NCBI GenBank assembly: GCA_964369775.1
Contig: CAYJHQ010000004.1
Span: 15,030-79,029, forward strand
Direction of reading: 5' to 3'
Length of the DNA: 64,000 bases
Source: an uncultured Lachnospiraceae bacterium
GTDB taxonomy: Bacteria; Bacillota; Clostridia; Lachnospirales; Lachnospiraceae
Of this stretch, positions 48,618 through 58,350 are shown one piece after another. The notes under the pieces are model-generated. The model saw nothing but the letters and a program-made list of their open reading frames with translations. It did no database searches and had not been told where the DNA came from. The position numbers were made by a program, and so were the translations under genes. Each line of letters opens with the position of its first letter. Position 1 is the first letter of the stretch.

Positions 48618-50975
48618 TTAGAGATTTTCTCTTTTTAATATAAAGCCTAGTGTAAACAATAATGCTATCATTGCCACTATATATAAGTAAATCATACTTG
48701 AGTCTCCAGTTTGCAAAGTCTCAATTTGCTCAGTATTCTTCGCATCTTCGGATCCCAGGTCCGACTCTTCCTCTAAGAATTCTTCTGCATCCGTATCAGG
48801 TCTTACCTCTTGCTGACCATCTGGAATATCTCCTACTTGAACTTCATCCCCATCCACCTCTGGAAGCGTTGGGATTGAGGGGATTTCTCCCACTCCGTGC
48901 TCTTCATCTTCTAGTTCTGGTAATATAGGCAAGCTAGGAATATCTCCTACCTCCCCTTCACCCTCCTCTAACTCTGGCAGTGTTGGCAAGCTAGGAATCT
49001 CGCCTACCTCTCCTTCACCCTCCTCAAGCTCTGGAAGTGTTGGAATTGAGGGGATTTCCCCAACCTCATACTCTTCATCTTCTAGTTCTGGAAGCGTTGG
49101 GATTGATGGGATTTCCCCAACTTCTCCCTCTCCTTCTTCAAGCTCTGGCAGTGTTGGAATTGAGGGTATCTCTCCAACCTCATACTCTTCTTCTTCTAGT
49201 TCTGGCAGTGTTGGCAAGCTTGGCTCCTCTTTGTTGTTTGTCGCTAAAAACACAAATAGACTGCTTACCAGCTCGCTATAATCAATAGTAAATTCATTGC
49301 TAGGATTTGTATAGTCTTTTACCGTCAAGGCTTCATCAAAGCCAATCGGTTGTTTGTAGAGCTTTAATGACTCTAAATCATATCCCTCGGCAGCCTTTGC
49401 TTCTACTAGTCTATATGTGCCCTCGTCTAGCTTAGTAAATACAATTTCTCCATTCGAATCCGTTGTGCCATTTACTAATTCACCCTTTCTCTCGTAAGGA
49501 ACCCAATCCTCACCTTCCTTTTTTTCGAGCGAAAACTCTGCACCACTAATCAATTCTTCGGTTTCAGCATCTGCCTTTACAAGCCTTACTTTTCCTTCAT
49601 TTGTTGCATCCACATACCCATCCGCATTTGCCACCTTTATAGATGCTGTCGATGTGTGATTTTTACTAGTGCCCTCAGCATAAACATTGTTTGTATATAT
49701 CTTCCCTGGCTCAACAACAGTCAGTAAATCAAGAGCGTATGAGATGACATGACCATTCCCCCATGAGTCAATGGCAAATGTTTGATCTCCAATTGTATAA
49801 CTTGGCGTATCATACCCAATTGCCTTCATCATAACAATAAGCTCCTCTTCTGAGTAGGCGTTTGAGGCTCTAAGCTTTGCTTCAATATCCTCGTTATTCT
49901 CACCATACACCAACCCATTGCTTCCAATATCGCCTAGGTTCACAATCGCCATTTGTTTGTCACTACTAAGTCCAAGCAAAGGCGTCTCGCTGCTTGAAAT
50001 GCGTTGTTTCCATTCATCTTTTGTTTCAGAATCTGCTTGATCTGATCGTTCAATTGTGAGTTTGTCGCCAGACCCATAAATCATACTCATGCCGCCTTCT
50101 TCCCCTAAAGGCCTGTATAGCACTGTACTTGCCGAAATACTCTCAAAATACTGTGTTCCTTCTACTTCGTCGTAGATAACTATGTTGTCTCGTGGCGCTA
50201 CAGAATCAATATTGTTATAGTCCATAATCTCAGCGTACAACTCAAGTCCGAAATTTATACTCCACATGATTTTGTTTGATTGCCATGTTAATCGCCCCCA
50301 TTTGTGAAGCTCTGGCTTTGTTCCCGTGTGACCAGCTCCTGGAAAAATTGGAGCTATCTCGTCAGGATCTTTAATGTCTGGATTTGTAATTGTAACATCT
50401 CCTGGGGTAATGTCTCCAAACTCCAAAGGAAATGTCACCTCTTTTACGTCTACATCGCTTACTCGACCATATGCGCCAAATCCTCCATTTCTTGATAAAA
50501 GATCGGTAATGTTACTATGGGCTACAAATTTCATTGACTCGTTATTCGTAATTGTCCAAAAGCCAAGCAATACACCGCTTTTATATAACTCCTTATACAC
50601 TGATGAATCTGGGTTATCTGGATGGGTGTCTTCACCTCCACTGACCTCAAAATCATAGCTAAAATATTCACTTGGCAACTGAATATCGAAATAATCACCC
50701 TCATTTACGATTACATCGTCTGGAATTGACCAATTTAGATTCATCTGAATCAAAAAGCCTTCCTCTAAAGGCTTATGCCCTTCTACCAATACATTGTCCT
50801 CAATTACTGGAAACCATGTACTCGAATTAGACGCCTCCATATTTACTACAATATCAACATGCTCTCCTATATCTCTCCCTGATACCTTTTCCTCTTTTGC
50901 CACCCCTATCATACTAACAGACGTAACCATCGCCATGATCAGTAAGCGGCTAATAATTTTTGTTATTTTCTTCAT
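48618..50975 (-). CDS. surface adhesin/pilin-like protein with Cna-B (SpaA isopeptide-type) domain, seven LPTLPELEEGEGEVGEIPS repeats and C-terminal sorting-signal-like tail
   Basis: Signal peptide. GAEFSLEKKEGED...TTDSNGEIVFTKLDEGTYRLVEAKAAEGY Cna-B signature. C-terminus ...TLQTGDSSMIYLYIVAMIALLFTLGFILKRENL. Confidence 0.75.
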   Translation of the reverse strand: MKKITKIISRLLIMAMVTSVSMIGVAKEEKVSGRDIGEHVDIVVNMEASNSSTWFPVIEDNVLVEGHKPLEEGFLIQMNLNWSIPDDVIVNEGDYFDIQLPSEYFSYDFEVSGGEDTHPDNPDSSVYKELYKSGVLLGFWTITNNESMKFVAHSNITDLLSRNGGFGAYGRVSDVDVKEVTFPLEFGDITPGDVTITNPDIKDPDEIAPIFPGAGHTGTKPELHKWGRLTWQSNKIMWSINFGLELYAEIMDYNNIDSVAPRDNIVIYDEVEGTQYFESISASTVLYRPLGEEGGMSMIYGSGDKLTIERSDQADSETKDEWKQRISSSETPLLGLSSDKQMAIVNLGDIGSNGLVYGENNEDIEAKLRASNAYSEEELIVMMKAIGYDTPSYTIGDQTFAIDSWGNGHVISYALDLLTVVEPGKIYTNNVYAEGTSKNHTSTASIKVANADGYVDATNEGKVRLVKADAETEELISGAEFSLEKKEGEDWVPYERKGELVNGTTDSNGEIVFTKLDEGTYRLVEAKAAEGYDLESLKLYKQPIGFDEALTVKDYTNPSNEFTIDYSELVSSLFVFLATNNKEEPSLPTLPELEEEEYEVGEIPSIPTLPELEEGEGEVGEIPSIPTLPELEDEEYEVGEIPSIPTLPELEEGEGEVGEIPSLPTLPELEEGEGEVGDIPSLPILPELEDEEHGVGEIPSIPTLPEVDGDEVQVGDIPDGQQEVRPDTDAEEFLEEESDLGSEDAKNTEQIETLQTGDSSMIYLYIVAMIALLFTLGFILKRENL

Positions 50976-51130
50976 TTGAAATTTCCTTTCTATTATCTAT
51001 CTTTATTAATATGTAAAATTTCACATGCTTTGTTGCATTAGAAAAAAGAATACATACTCTCGCTATCATCCAAGCATCCGCACCTATCAAATCTTATCCC
51101 TGTAAGGCTACTGGTTAGTGACCCTCTTTT

Positions 51131-51143
51131 GGAACTCAGTTCC
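51131..51143. promoter_or_regulatory. element palindrome copy 16
   Basis: TTGGAACTCAGTTCCAA. Confidence 0.6.
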
Positions 51144-51603
51144 AAACACGTAAAAAAGCGAAGCTTATTAGCCTCGCTCTTCTCTATGGTCGTTTTTGAC
51201 CGCTGGCAGCAGTATTTCGATCCTACTACCTATATATTGAAAAATTTAGGAGTACAGATTTGCAAGTGATTTCAACGACTGAATCTTAGGAGGATTTTGT
51301 CGTTCCGAAAGTCCCTCGCTCAACTGTTAAATGTATTATATCATAAGCAAATTATATCAGATTTTTGCACGGAAGCTATTTTGTAGAAATACAGAGTCGA
51401 ATTGGTGGGTTTTTAATTCTTTGTGTTTGAATTATCTGTCTATTCCACGTGTTCAGAGTTGTGGCTTTTGAATAGTCTCACAATTGCGCCGTTTTTAATG
51501 ATTGCGAAAGCAATACAGAGGCTTGTATTTACACGTTTGCTATTGTTTTAGAGCCAAACTTAAGTATATTCGATACTCCAATCCCATCTTAGTCAGTGAA
51601 TTA

Positions 51604-51616
51604 GGAACTGAGTTCC
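51604..51616. promoter_or_regulatory. element palindrome copy 17
   Basis: AGGAACTGAGTTCCAA. Confidence 0.6.
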
Positions 51617-51674
51617 AAAATCCGTCTTTCAACGAACAAAAAAAAGAAAGAGCTTTTAGCTCTTCCTCTTGTTT

Positions 51675-51995
51675 CTAAGATTTAGAAAAGTAACGAATTA
51701 TAGAAGACTTCTCATCTTCGCCTGTAAAGCCAAGGCGCTTGCACACCTCATTTGCGGCAAACTCCTCTGGATTCTCTGACATAGCAGCCATCACATCTTC
51801 ATCTACTCCACTCTTTATCGCGTGGTATAGAGCGTTCATTTTGATAACATCACTTGTTTTGCATGGACGAAAGCAGGCATTTGCTACAATCTCCATCTGC
51901 TCAGGCGAAAATCCATCTTCTAAAGCATTTTGTATTACCCCTAGTGCATCTTTCGAAAAACCTAATCCTTTGCAACTCTCTAACTCTTTTTTCAT
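51675..51995 (-). CDS. hypothetical protein (106 aa)
   Basis: AAAGGAGAGAC RBS. Confidence 0.45.
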   Translation of the reverse strand: MKKELESCKGLGFSKDALGVIQNALEDGFSPEQMEIVANACFRPCKTSDVIKMNALYHAIKSGVDEDVMAAMSENPEEFAANEVCKRLGFTGEDEKSSIIRYFSKS

Positions 51996-52074
51996 TTTGT
52001 CTCTCCTTTATATTTGAATTTCAAAAATAATATGTGAGATTTTAGGGAAAATGAACAGAAGTTCTTATCTCAGT

Positions 52075-52473
52075 CTATAGTTTGAGCAATCGCCCGTCCT
52101 TGTAATTGAAAATCACTGTTTGAATATTTCTTTTCTTTAGATCTGCAAAATTTTCACTAGTGCCTCGAGACTCTCCGTCCCAAAATGCGACACAAGCACA
52201 GTTTTCTGTACCAATGTAATCTCGCATTTGCTGATTTCGAACAGCACCTGCCATTTTCCCGAAAAAATCCCAATTTGCTTGAAAAACCTTTAACTTGTAA
52301 CCCCGATCCATTGCGTAGCGCTCGGCAAGAGAGTCTGCACCCATTGCCCCGCCAGACACGATCTCAATCTCACGATCCTGCTTGTGTTTTAGTAAGAAAT
52401 CTAAGATCAGTTGAAGTTTGTTATAGTTCTCAAAAGTTCGTGTACCAACAACAAGGATCTTAAACGTTTCCAT
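52075..52473 (-). CDS. SLOG-superfamily protein (DUF2493/YspA-like, Rossmann GGAxGxD)
   Basis: ILVVGTR...VSGGAMGADSLAERYA motif. Overlaps upstream ORF by 14 nt. Confidence 0.55.
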   Translation of the reverse strand: METFKILVVGTRTFENYNKLQLILDFLLKHKQDREIEIVSGGAMGADSLAERYAMDRGYKLKVFQANWDFFGKMAGAVRNQQMRDYIGTENCACVAFWDGESRGTSENFADLKKRNIQTVIFNYKDGRLLKL

Positions 52474-52795
52474 ACGGCTCCATATAGCAAGCTATTGCAG
52501 TCTTCCATTGAGAGGCAAACAAGAATCGGATCGTTCTGTTAATGTCCTCGTCTGAGGCGTTAGAATCAAAGCTCTCATCATGCATGTTATAGTAATCGTC
52601 ATACAGTTCCTGCAAATTGGACTCTAAATAGACCTTGTCATCATACACAATGTATCGATCTAGCGATACTTTTGTTAGCTTGCCCACGAGCCCAACGAAT
52701 GCCTCCACCTCAAAGCTCTGCTCTGCAACTGGAATAAGCGGCGCGCCTCTATTCTCGTTTAGTAGTTTAGTTAATTCATTTGTAATTTCTATCAT
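52460..52795 (-). CDS. hypothetical protein (111 aa), operonic with the SLOG gene
   Basis: AAGGAGAAAAAG RBS. Confidence 0.45.
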   Translation of the reverse strand: MIEITNELTKLLNENRGAPLIPVAEQSFEVEAFVGLVGKLTKVSLDRYIVYDDKVYLESNLQELYDDYYNMHDESFDSNASDEDINRTIRFLFASQWKTAIACYMEPYGNV

Positions 52796-52865
52796 TCTCT
52801 TTTTCTCCTTAAATTATATTTACTTTAATATGCAAGAATCTTGACAGTCACGAACAACAGTGAGC

Positions 52866-53717
52866 TTATTTATAACTTTTTAGTTCCACCTGTTCTATAT
52901 TGACCACCATATACGCATTTGGCTTGATGTTCCGCTCTTTGATCCATAGTTTTACCGTTTCAGTAATTCGCCTTGCTAAGTCTCGCTCATCTTCGATATC
53001 CACCTCAAAATCATCTGCTCTCTCTCCTACCTCATCTGCCAATCCATCTATGATGCTTTCTATAATGGCTTCTTCATTGCTACAAAAACTCATGTTTGGG
53101 CGCTCGATAGTACCTACAAATCCAAATTGCTTACACTCAAATTCATTTGCTTCCTCTAACGCCTCAATCGCCTTTTCTCTCGATTCGTACTCTCCATCGA
53201 AGTTTTCTCCATCAAAGCAGCAACACCATTCAGTATTTGCATCAATTTTTTGTGCCGCTAAATCAGAAAAATCAATGGACTCTCTTTTCATAATTAATCT
53301 GTAGATATGCTCTACGTCAAAATTATACACCCCTTTCACAGCACAAGCCTTCAGCCAATAATCGCGCCAGCCCTCATACGTCATATGTATCAGAGGCGAA
53401 AGCGGAATATTTTTCTTTGAATAACAAGCTCCTATCTTGCTATAATAATTCAACGCATAATTTATCCTTATCTGCTCCCACTCGGAAAGATTATTAATTA
53501 GCAGCCTGCCTCTGCGTGAATAATAGCCCTTTTGCGAAATCTTCGCCATTAGCTTATGGTGCGCTTCACACGCGTTAAATCTACGATGCCTATAACAATC
53601 TTCATATGATCCTCCTATCAAGGCAGATAACACATGCCCTACATCTTTCCACTCCAGCCTCTCAAGTCTGAAATATACACGTTCTATTCTTTCTATCCTT
53701 GCATCTGTTACACTCAT
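52866..53717 (-). CDS. hypothetical protein (283 aa)
   Basis: AAGGAGAGAG RBS before ATG at 53717. Confidence 0.5.
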   Translation of the reverse strand: MSVTDARIERIERVYFRLERLEWKDVGHVLSALIGGSYEDCYRHRRFNACEAHHKLMAKISQKGYYSRRGRLLINNLSEWEQIRINYALNYYSKIGACYSKKNIPLSPLIHMTYEGWRDYWLKACAVKGVYNFDVEHIYRLIMKRESIDFSDLAAQKIDANTEWCCCFDGENFDGEYESREKAIEALEEANEFECKQFGFVGTIERPNMSFCSNEEAIIESIIDGLADEVGERADDFEVDIEDERDLARRITETVKLWIKERNIKPNAYMVVNIEQVELKSYK

Positions 53718-53883
53718 TTGCTCTCTCCTTATCACTTTAACCTACCTTGCTGTAGGCGATCATTATATTTTCTACTGTTGCCGTAAACCGCCTCTTGCAA
53801 TTATGGCAATCCACTCTCGCCCCTAATAACTTCACAAGCTCATCTCCATCATATACACCATACCATTTTCCTTCCTCCTTCAC

Positions 53884-54159
53884 TTATCTTCTATATAATT
53901 CATCAGCCCAAAAGCCTTTAGAGCACAAGTTGACAACACCTGGGCTACTTTTTGCAATATAAGCCGCGATTGCATCTAATTGGCGAACACACTGATTTTC
54001 ATCATCACTAGTGTATAGGCGGATGGGATCCTCATTCCCTTGAACCCAAAGTAAAACGTCGTGTTTTTCTTCCTGCGCCTCTTTGTCCTTTTCAACGTTA
54101 ATGCCAATTACCGCAGCTTCGTTAATGTATACATAATTATTTACTTTTAATAATGTCAT
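53884..54159 (-). CDS. hypothetical protein (91 aa)
   Basis: GAGGGTGGAG RBS; 1-nt gap to the RNase H gene. Confidence 0.45.
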   Translation of the reverse strand: MTLLKVNNYVYINEAAVIGINVEKDKEAQEEKHDVLLWVQGNEDPIRLYTSDDENQCVRQLDAIAAYIAKSSPGVVNLCSKGFWADELYRR

Positions 54160-54160
54160 T

Positions 54161-54799
54161 CTACTCCACCCTCGCTCCGATTTTAGCTAATCGATCTGCC
54201 AAATCATTAAATTCATCCCCAGAGTGCGCCTTTACCTTTACAAATCGCACATCAATTTTTTTCATCATATCTTTACAAGTTGCCGCATAAGCCTTTGTTC
54301 CATCCTTGTTTGCTTTCCAATCGCCAAGCGCCCACTCTCTAACACCTTTGTAATCGTAGTAAACAATAATACCCTTCTTTTTCTCTTCTAAAGCGTACTG
54401 CATTGCTTTGAGAGCTCCATGAATCTCCCCAGTAACATTTCTCATGCCCTCTGAATCAACTCCTCCACCGACAAATTCTTGAACCGACTTTCCATCTTGC
54501 ACAATTGCCACTCCATAGCCATAACACTTGGAGCTGCCATTATAACTACCATCCACATAAGCCTCAAGATAACCTGTAGGCACCTCCGCCTTAACAGCTT
54601 TCTTTTTAGGGACTGGCCTTGAAGTCTTCGAAATCTTCCCTGGTACTCCATTCATAAATTTTTGAGCATCCTCTAGCGATAGAAACCCTTTGAATTCCGC
54701 CCCTGCCACTCCTGTGACTTGACTAGAGCATTCGTCCCACGTATTATAAATCCCTGGATTTACCCCTTTTCTTACTGCGTAATATTTTTTACCTGCCAT
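54161..54799 (-). CDS. rnhA: ribonuclease HI with N-terminal Cauli_VI-type dsRNA/hybrid-binding domain
   Basis: YYAVRKGVNPGIYNTWDECSSQV N-terminal domain. Catalytic AYVDGSYN...E...VKAHSGDEFNDLADRLA. GGGAGGAAG RBS before ATG at 54799. Confidence 0.75.
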   Translation of the reverse strand: MAGKKYYAVRKGVNPGIYNTWDECSSQVTGVAGAEFKGFLSLEDAQKFMNGVPGKISKTSRPVPKKKAVKAEVPTGYLEAYVDGSYNGSSKCYGYGVAIVQDGKSVQEFVGGGVDSEGMRNVTGEIHGALKAMQYALEEKKKGIIVYYDYKGVREWALGDWKANKDGTKAYAATCKDMMKKIDVRFVKVKAHSGDEFNDLADRLAKIGARVE

Positions 54800-54941
54800 A
54801 ACTTCCTCCCATTGTTTTTCTTTAATATGTAAAACTTTTCTTCTTGCTTGCACATAGTTTAACACTTTTGAAAAAAACTATATTTTTGCACGGAAGTTTA
54901 TTTCGACATGCAAAAAAAAAGAGGCAAAAACCGCCCCTTTA

Positions 54942-55523
54942 TTACTTTACTAACTCATAGTTTTCTTCGACAAAAGTCTTAAATATTACAGCTCGACAAC
55001 CATTTTTACAAGCACGAATCCATGCTTCATGAACCACTTGCAATGGATATTCCGCACCAAAAGGACCTTTCTCCTTTAGAAAAATATCAAACTCCTCATG
55101 CAGCCATTCGCTCATTTCCCTTCCAATATCATTGTTGTCGCTCGTCTCAAACAAATAACCGCCCAAATCATCAATGTTAGAAAATGTAAGCGACTTCAAG
55201 CCATCGGAAAATGTAAATTTGCCATACCTATCCCGCCGAATACAAATCCCTCGCTTTTGCTTTCTCTTTGCTTTACAAATGATTGCTCTTGACCATTCAG
55301 ACATTGCGGTCCAAAACAACATTTTTGCAAAACTAGCACTACATAATATACAATCCGTTACCGCGAATGCAATATTTGCATCTCCAAGCGTGAACACTAC
55401 AGTTTCATCACTCTTCCGTTTGTATGTGACTGGAAAGTAATACATCCGCTCAAACGCTGCGCAGTGCTTATCCAAATACTCGACCTCAAACTTACTTTTT
55501 TCGCCCGAAACCCATAAATCCAT
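54942..55523 (-). CDS. hypothetical protein (193 aa)
   Basis: AGGAGGACAATAAA RBS. Confidence 0.5.
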   Translation of the reverse strand: MDLWVSGEKSKFEVEYLDKHCAAFERMYYFPVTYKRKSDETVVFTLGDANIAFAVTDCILCSASFAKMLFWTAMSEWSRAIICKAKRKQKRGICIRRDRYGKFTFSDGLKSLTFSNIDDLGGYLFETSDNNDIGREMSEWLHEEFDIFLKEKGPFGAEYPLQVVHEAWIRACKNGCRAVIFKTFVEENYELVK

Positions 55524-55607
55524 TTTATTGTCCTCCTAATATTATTTTATCAACAACAATATGTGGTTTTTTATAAGGAAAAGTCTGTCCGTATGCATTG
55601 CTCAATC

Positions 55608-55620
55608 GGAACTGAGTTCC
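55608..55620. promoter_or_regulatory. element palindrome copy 18
   Basis: CGGAACTGAGTTCCA. Confidence 0.6.
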
Positions 55621-55625
55621 ACTCC

Positions 55626-55916
55626 TTACACAACCATCTGAATGACCATTAATGCAACCATCGGGAGCAGCCATGCCACAACAAGACTCAATCCGCTTCT
55701 AATCAGTAGCATTCGTTCCCTAAACATTCCTATACCTGCTACTAATGCCCCAACAAGAGACACACCGCCTCCGAATATCAGAATTAGATCTCGCGAATCG
55801 ACAATTATCTCTATAATGTTCACATCTGGTGCCTTCTCGAATAGGGTCGCCCACACACTTCCTAGCGCAATAAATAATATAACCAATGTTAATGTATTTG
55901 TGTTTTTATCCTCCAT
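55626..55916 (-). CDS. small membrane protein (96 aa)
   Basis: Three TM helices; AAGGAGATTGCAAAA RBS. Confidence 0.45.
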   Translation of the reverse strand: MEDKNTNTLTLVILFIALGSVWATLFEKAPDVNIIEIIVDSRDLILIFGGGVSLVGALVAGIGMFRERMLLIRSGLSLVVAWLLPMVALMVIQMVV

Positions 55917-56068
55917 TTTTGCAATCTCCTTTTTTATTTAATATGCAAAAAAAAGAGAGCAATCGCCCTCTTCTACAACATACAATAAAGATCTTTTTTC
56001 TTCCTAGCCAAAGTCATTTCTTTTTTTTTGACTGTTTCGAATTTATTTATCATTTTTATTACACTTCG

Positions 56069-56347
56069 TTACACTATATTATCTTGTTCTTTCAGCTTTA
56101 TCATTAATGCACTTGCTGTCATAAATACAATACGCTCATCCTCTCCAATTTCACTCGCCTCGATTGGACTCGCCTCTACCATATGATCATAATTTGTAAC
56201 AACCTCTACCTCGTGTTCCTGGATTTTCCTTAACCACACCGCAAGCATATGCGTCTCTCCAAATTCCGCAATATCTTTCATTAACTCTTCAATTAGCTCA
56301 CTAGACTCAAAACTAATTGATGCTCCATTTTTCCCAATTAGCGCCAT
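56069..56347 (-). CDS. hypothetical protein (92 aa)
   Basis: GAGGGGGAG RBS. Confidence 0.45.
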   Translation of the reverse strand: MALIGKNGASISFESSELIEELMKDIAEFGETHMLAVWLRKIQEHEVEVVTNYDHMVEASPIEASEIGEDERIVFMTASALMIKLKEQDNIV

Positions 56348-56409
56348 AATAACTCCCCCTCATTAATCATTTATGCTATTTTACCACAGGGCTTGATTAG
56401 CGCTACAAG

Positions 56410-56733
56410 TTATTTCTTGAAAAATGGATTGTCTTTTAGGCGCAAATTACAGCCTTTCGCTAATAACCACTGCTGATACTTCCACTTGTTTTCTGCCGCT
56501 TTGTGATCATATACTTCATTGCATGTCAGTTCATCGTAATCCATCACATAGTTATCTGCTATTTCCTCTAGCTCTTCGCCTTTTTCTCCCCATATATTAG
56601 AAATCACTAAAGTGATTGAGTCTCGCTCTTTATCACGACTAATATTCAAGATCTTTGCTTTTTCGCCTTCTATGATTCTAACAACTTCTTGTATTTCATC
56701 ATCTGCTAAATCTGTTATTGGCCTAAAATCCAT
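56410..56733 (-). CDS. hypothetical protein (107 aa)
   Basis: ORF; 19-nt overlap with upstream gene. Confidence 0.45.
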   Translation of the reverse strand: MDFRPITDLADDEIQEVVRIIEGEKAKILNISRDKERDSITLVISNIWGEKGEELEEIADNYVMDYDELTCNEVYDHKAAENKWKYQQWLLAKGCNLRLKDNPFFKK

Positions 56734-57902
56734 GTTTTCACCTTCCAGTTCAGGAACTTAGCAATCTCATAGTTCCTATATTTTTTGTCGTCTGTTACAT
56801 CTACCACCTCATTAGTTAAAAGCTCTTCTGGGATGACAATAGTATCCTCTGCAGATGATAGCTCAACCTCCAAGATAGCCTTTTCATTCCAAAAAGAGTT
56901 TTCACTGTCATAGATATCCAACTCGAAATATTTCCCCTTATATGCAAAGCAATATCGATCCTTCTTGATTTGCTTGGTCGCTGGATCCGCCTCAATCATA
57001 AGGGCTACATACTTGGAAACAGCTATTTTTTCTTCTCTCTCTACTCTTATAGCAGGATCTTCTGTTGGAGATTTTTCTGTATAGTAGTAGCTAAACCCTT
57101 CTTTAACGCTTCCACGCTGCCTAATACGTCTTTCCATGTCTGGGTCGCTAGATTTGAGATACGTTTGTACAATGCTTGTCTTCACAGCCTTTAATCCATC
57201 TAACACTTTCTGCGGAGGTCTATCGATTAGGTATTTTCTTTCTATCTCCAATGGTTCAGGCTCTCCTAACAGTGAAAAAATCTCCCTTAAAAGATGGTCT
57301 ATCTTCTGTTCAAATGTGATTGGCACTCCATCTTCCATATTCTCCACAATTCGCAAATGCGGGTGCCCCATCCATGCCTCTAAAATAGCATCGTCATTAA
57401 GAATGGCCTCTTCTATTGTCTCTGTGCGAGCGGAATTGTTTTCCAATGTATAAAACTCTTCAGCCCCCTTAGCAGCAGTCGTTAGATGAATGACAGCATC
57501 ATACTCATCTCTAACCTCTACAATGCTTTCACTAAGCTTCCCCCAGACACGTTCGAACATCTCGTCATCCATAAAAGCCTTCCCATCTAAAATCCCTCGA
57601 TCAAGCAAAATTACAACTGGCTTCCCATACTCTTTGGTATAATTTTCTGCAATCTCCTTATACGCCTTCTCCCTTTCTGAACCTAATGAGATAAGTAGCT
57701 CTTGAAAAGCTTCGTTCCCTATTACCGAAGGGGCTGCCCCCGAATTAATTAATATAGTTGCCAACTCCTCTAATACAAAAACTTTAAATCCTCTCTCCGT
57801 TAATTCTTGCTCTATGGTTGCCAGACCAGTGCTCTTTCCAGCGCATGGGCCACCGGTAATAACTACTTTATGACAACCTGTCTTACGATTTAATTCCTTC
57901 AT
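56715..57902 (-). CDS. P-loop NTPase/kinase (NadR/AAA_28-like) fused to a CYTH (triphosphate tunnel) domain
   Basis: Walker A VVITGGPCAGKSTGL. C-terminal EIERKYL...RIRQRG...FELDIY CYTH signature. Confidence 0.6.
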   Translation of the reverse strand: MKELNRKTGCHKVVITGGPCAGKSTGLATIEQELTERGFKVFVLEELATILINSGAAPSVIGNEAFQELLISLGSEREKAYKEIAENYTKEYGKPVVILLDRGILDGKAFMDDEMFERVWGKLSESIVEVRDEYDAVIHLTTAAKGAEEFYTLENNSARTETIEEAILNDDAILEAWMGHPHLRIVENMEDGVPITFEQKIDHLLREIFSLLGEPEPLEIERKYLIDRPPQKVLDGLKAVKTSIVQTYLKSSDPDMERRIRQRGSVKEGFSYYYTEKSPTEDPAIRVEREEKIAVSKYVALMIEADPATKQIKKDRYCFAYKGKYFELDIYDSENSFWNEKAILEVELSSAEDTIVIPEELLTNEVVDVTDDKKYRNYEIAKFLNWKVKTWILGQ

Positions 57903-58022
57903 AACTCACCAATTCTTTCTTTAACGTTTATTTTTAATATGCTTATTTTAAACGAAGATGCAAGACCAAGTATTTTTGCAGGGAAAGCATACAAAAAGAA
58001 GCAGCTATTGCTAGCATGCTCC

Positions 58023-58259
58023 TTAATTTTCCATTTTGACAAACTCTTTAAACGCTGTTATTTGCGCGTCAGTTAAAGCTATACGTTTGCGATCTCCTTT
58101 GACCGCAGACCCCACAGATACGTAATGGGCGCTATTTTGTCTGACCACAGCACTTACGTGTTGCTGACTTTCAAATGCAAAATAGGCTTTATATACACCT
58201 GACACCACGTAAAACTCTAAAATCTCCACTTGCGACACTTCATTTTGAACTTGACTCAT
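58023..58259 (-). CDS. hypothetical protein (78 aa)
   Basis: Conserved leader AGGAGGATTTATCG. Confidence 0.45.
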   Translation of the reverse strand: MSQVQNEVSQVEILEFYVVSGVYKAYFAFESQQHVSAVVRQNSAHYVSVGSAVKGDRKRIALTDAQITAFKEFVKMEN

Positions 58260-58318
58260 GCGATAAATCCTCCTAAAATTTATTTTAAACCAATATGAAA
58301 AATTTCATAAAAAAGAAC

Positions 58319-58331
58319 GGAACTCAGTTCC
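58319..58331. promoter_or_regulatory. element palindrome copy 19
   Basis: CGGAACTCAGTTCCG. Confidence 0.6.
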
Positions 58332-58350
58332 GCCTTTCGCTTTAGTAAAA

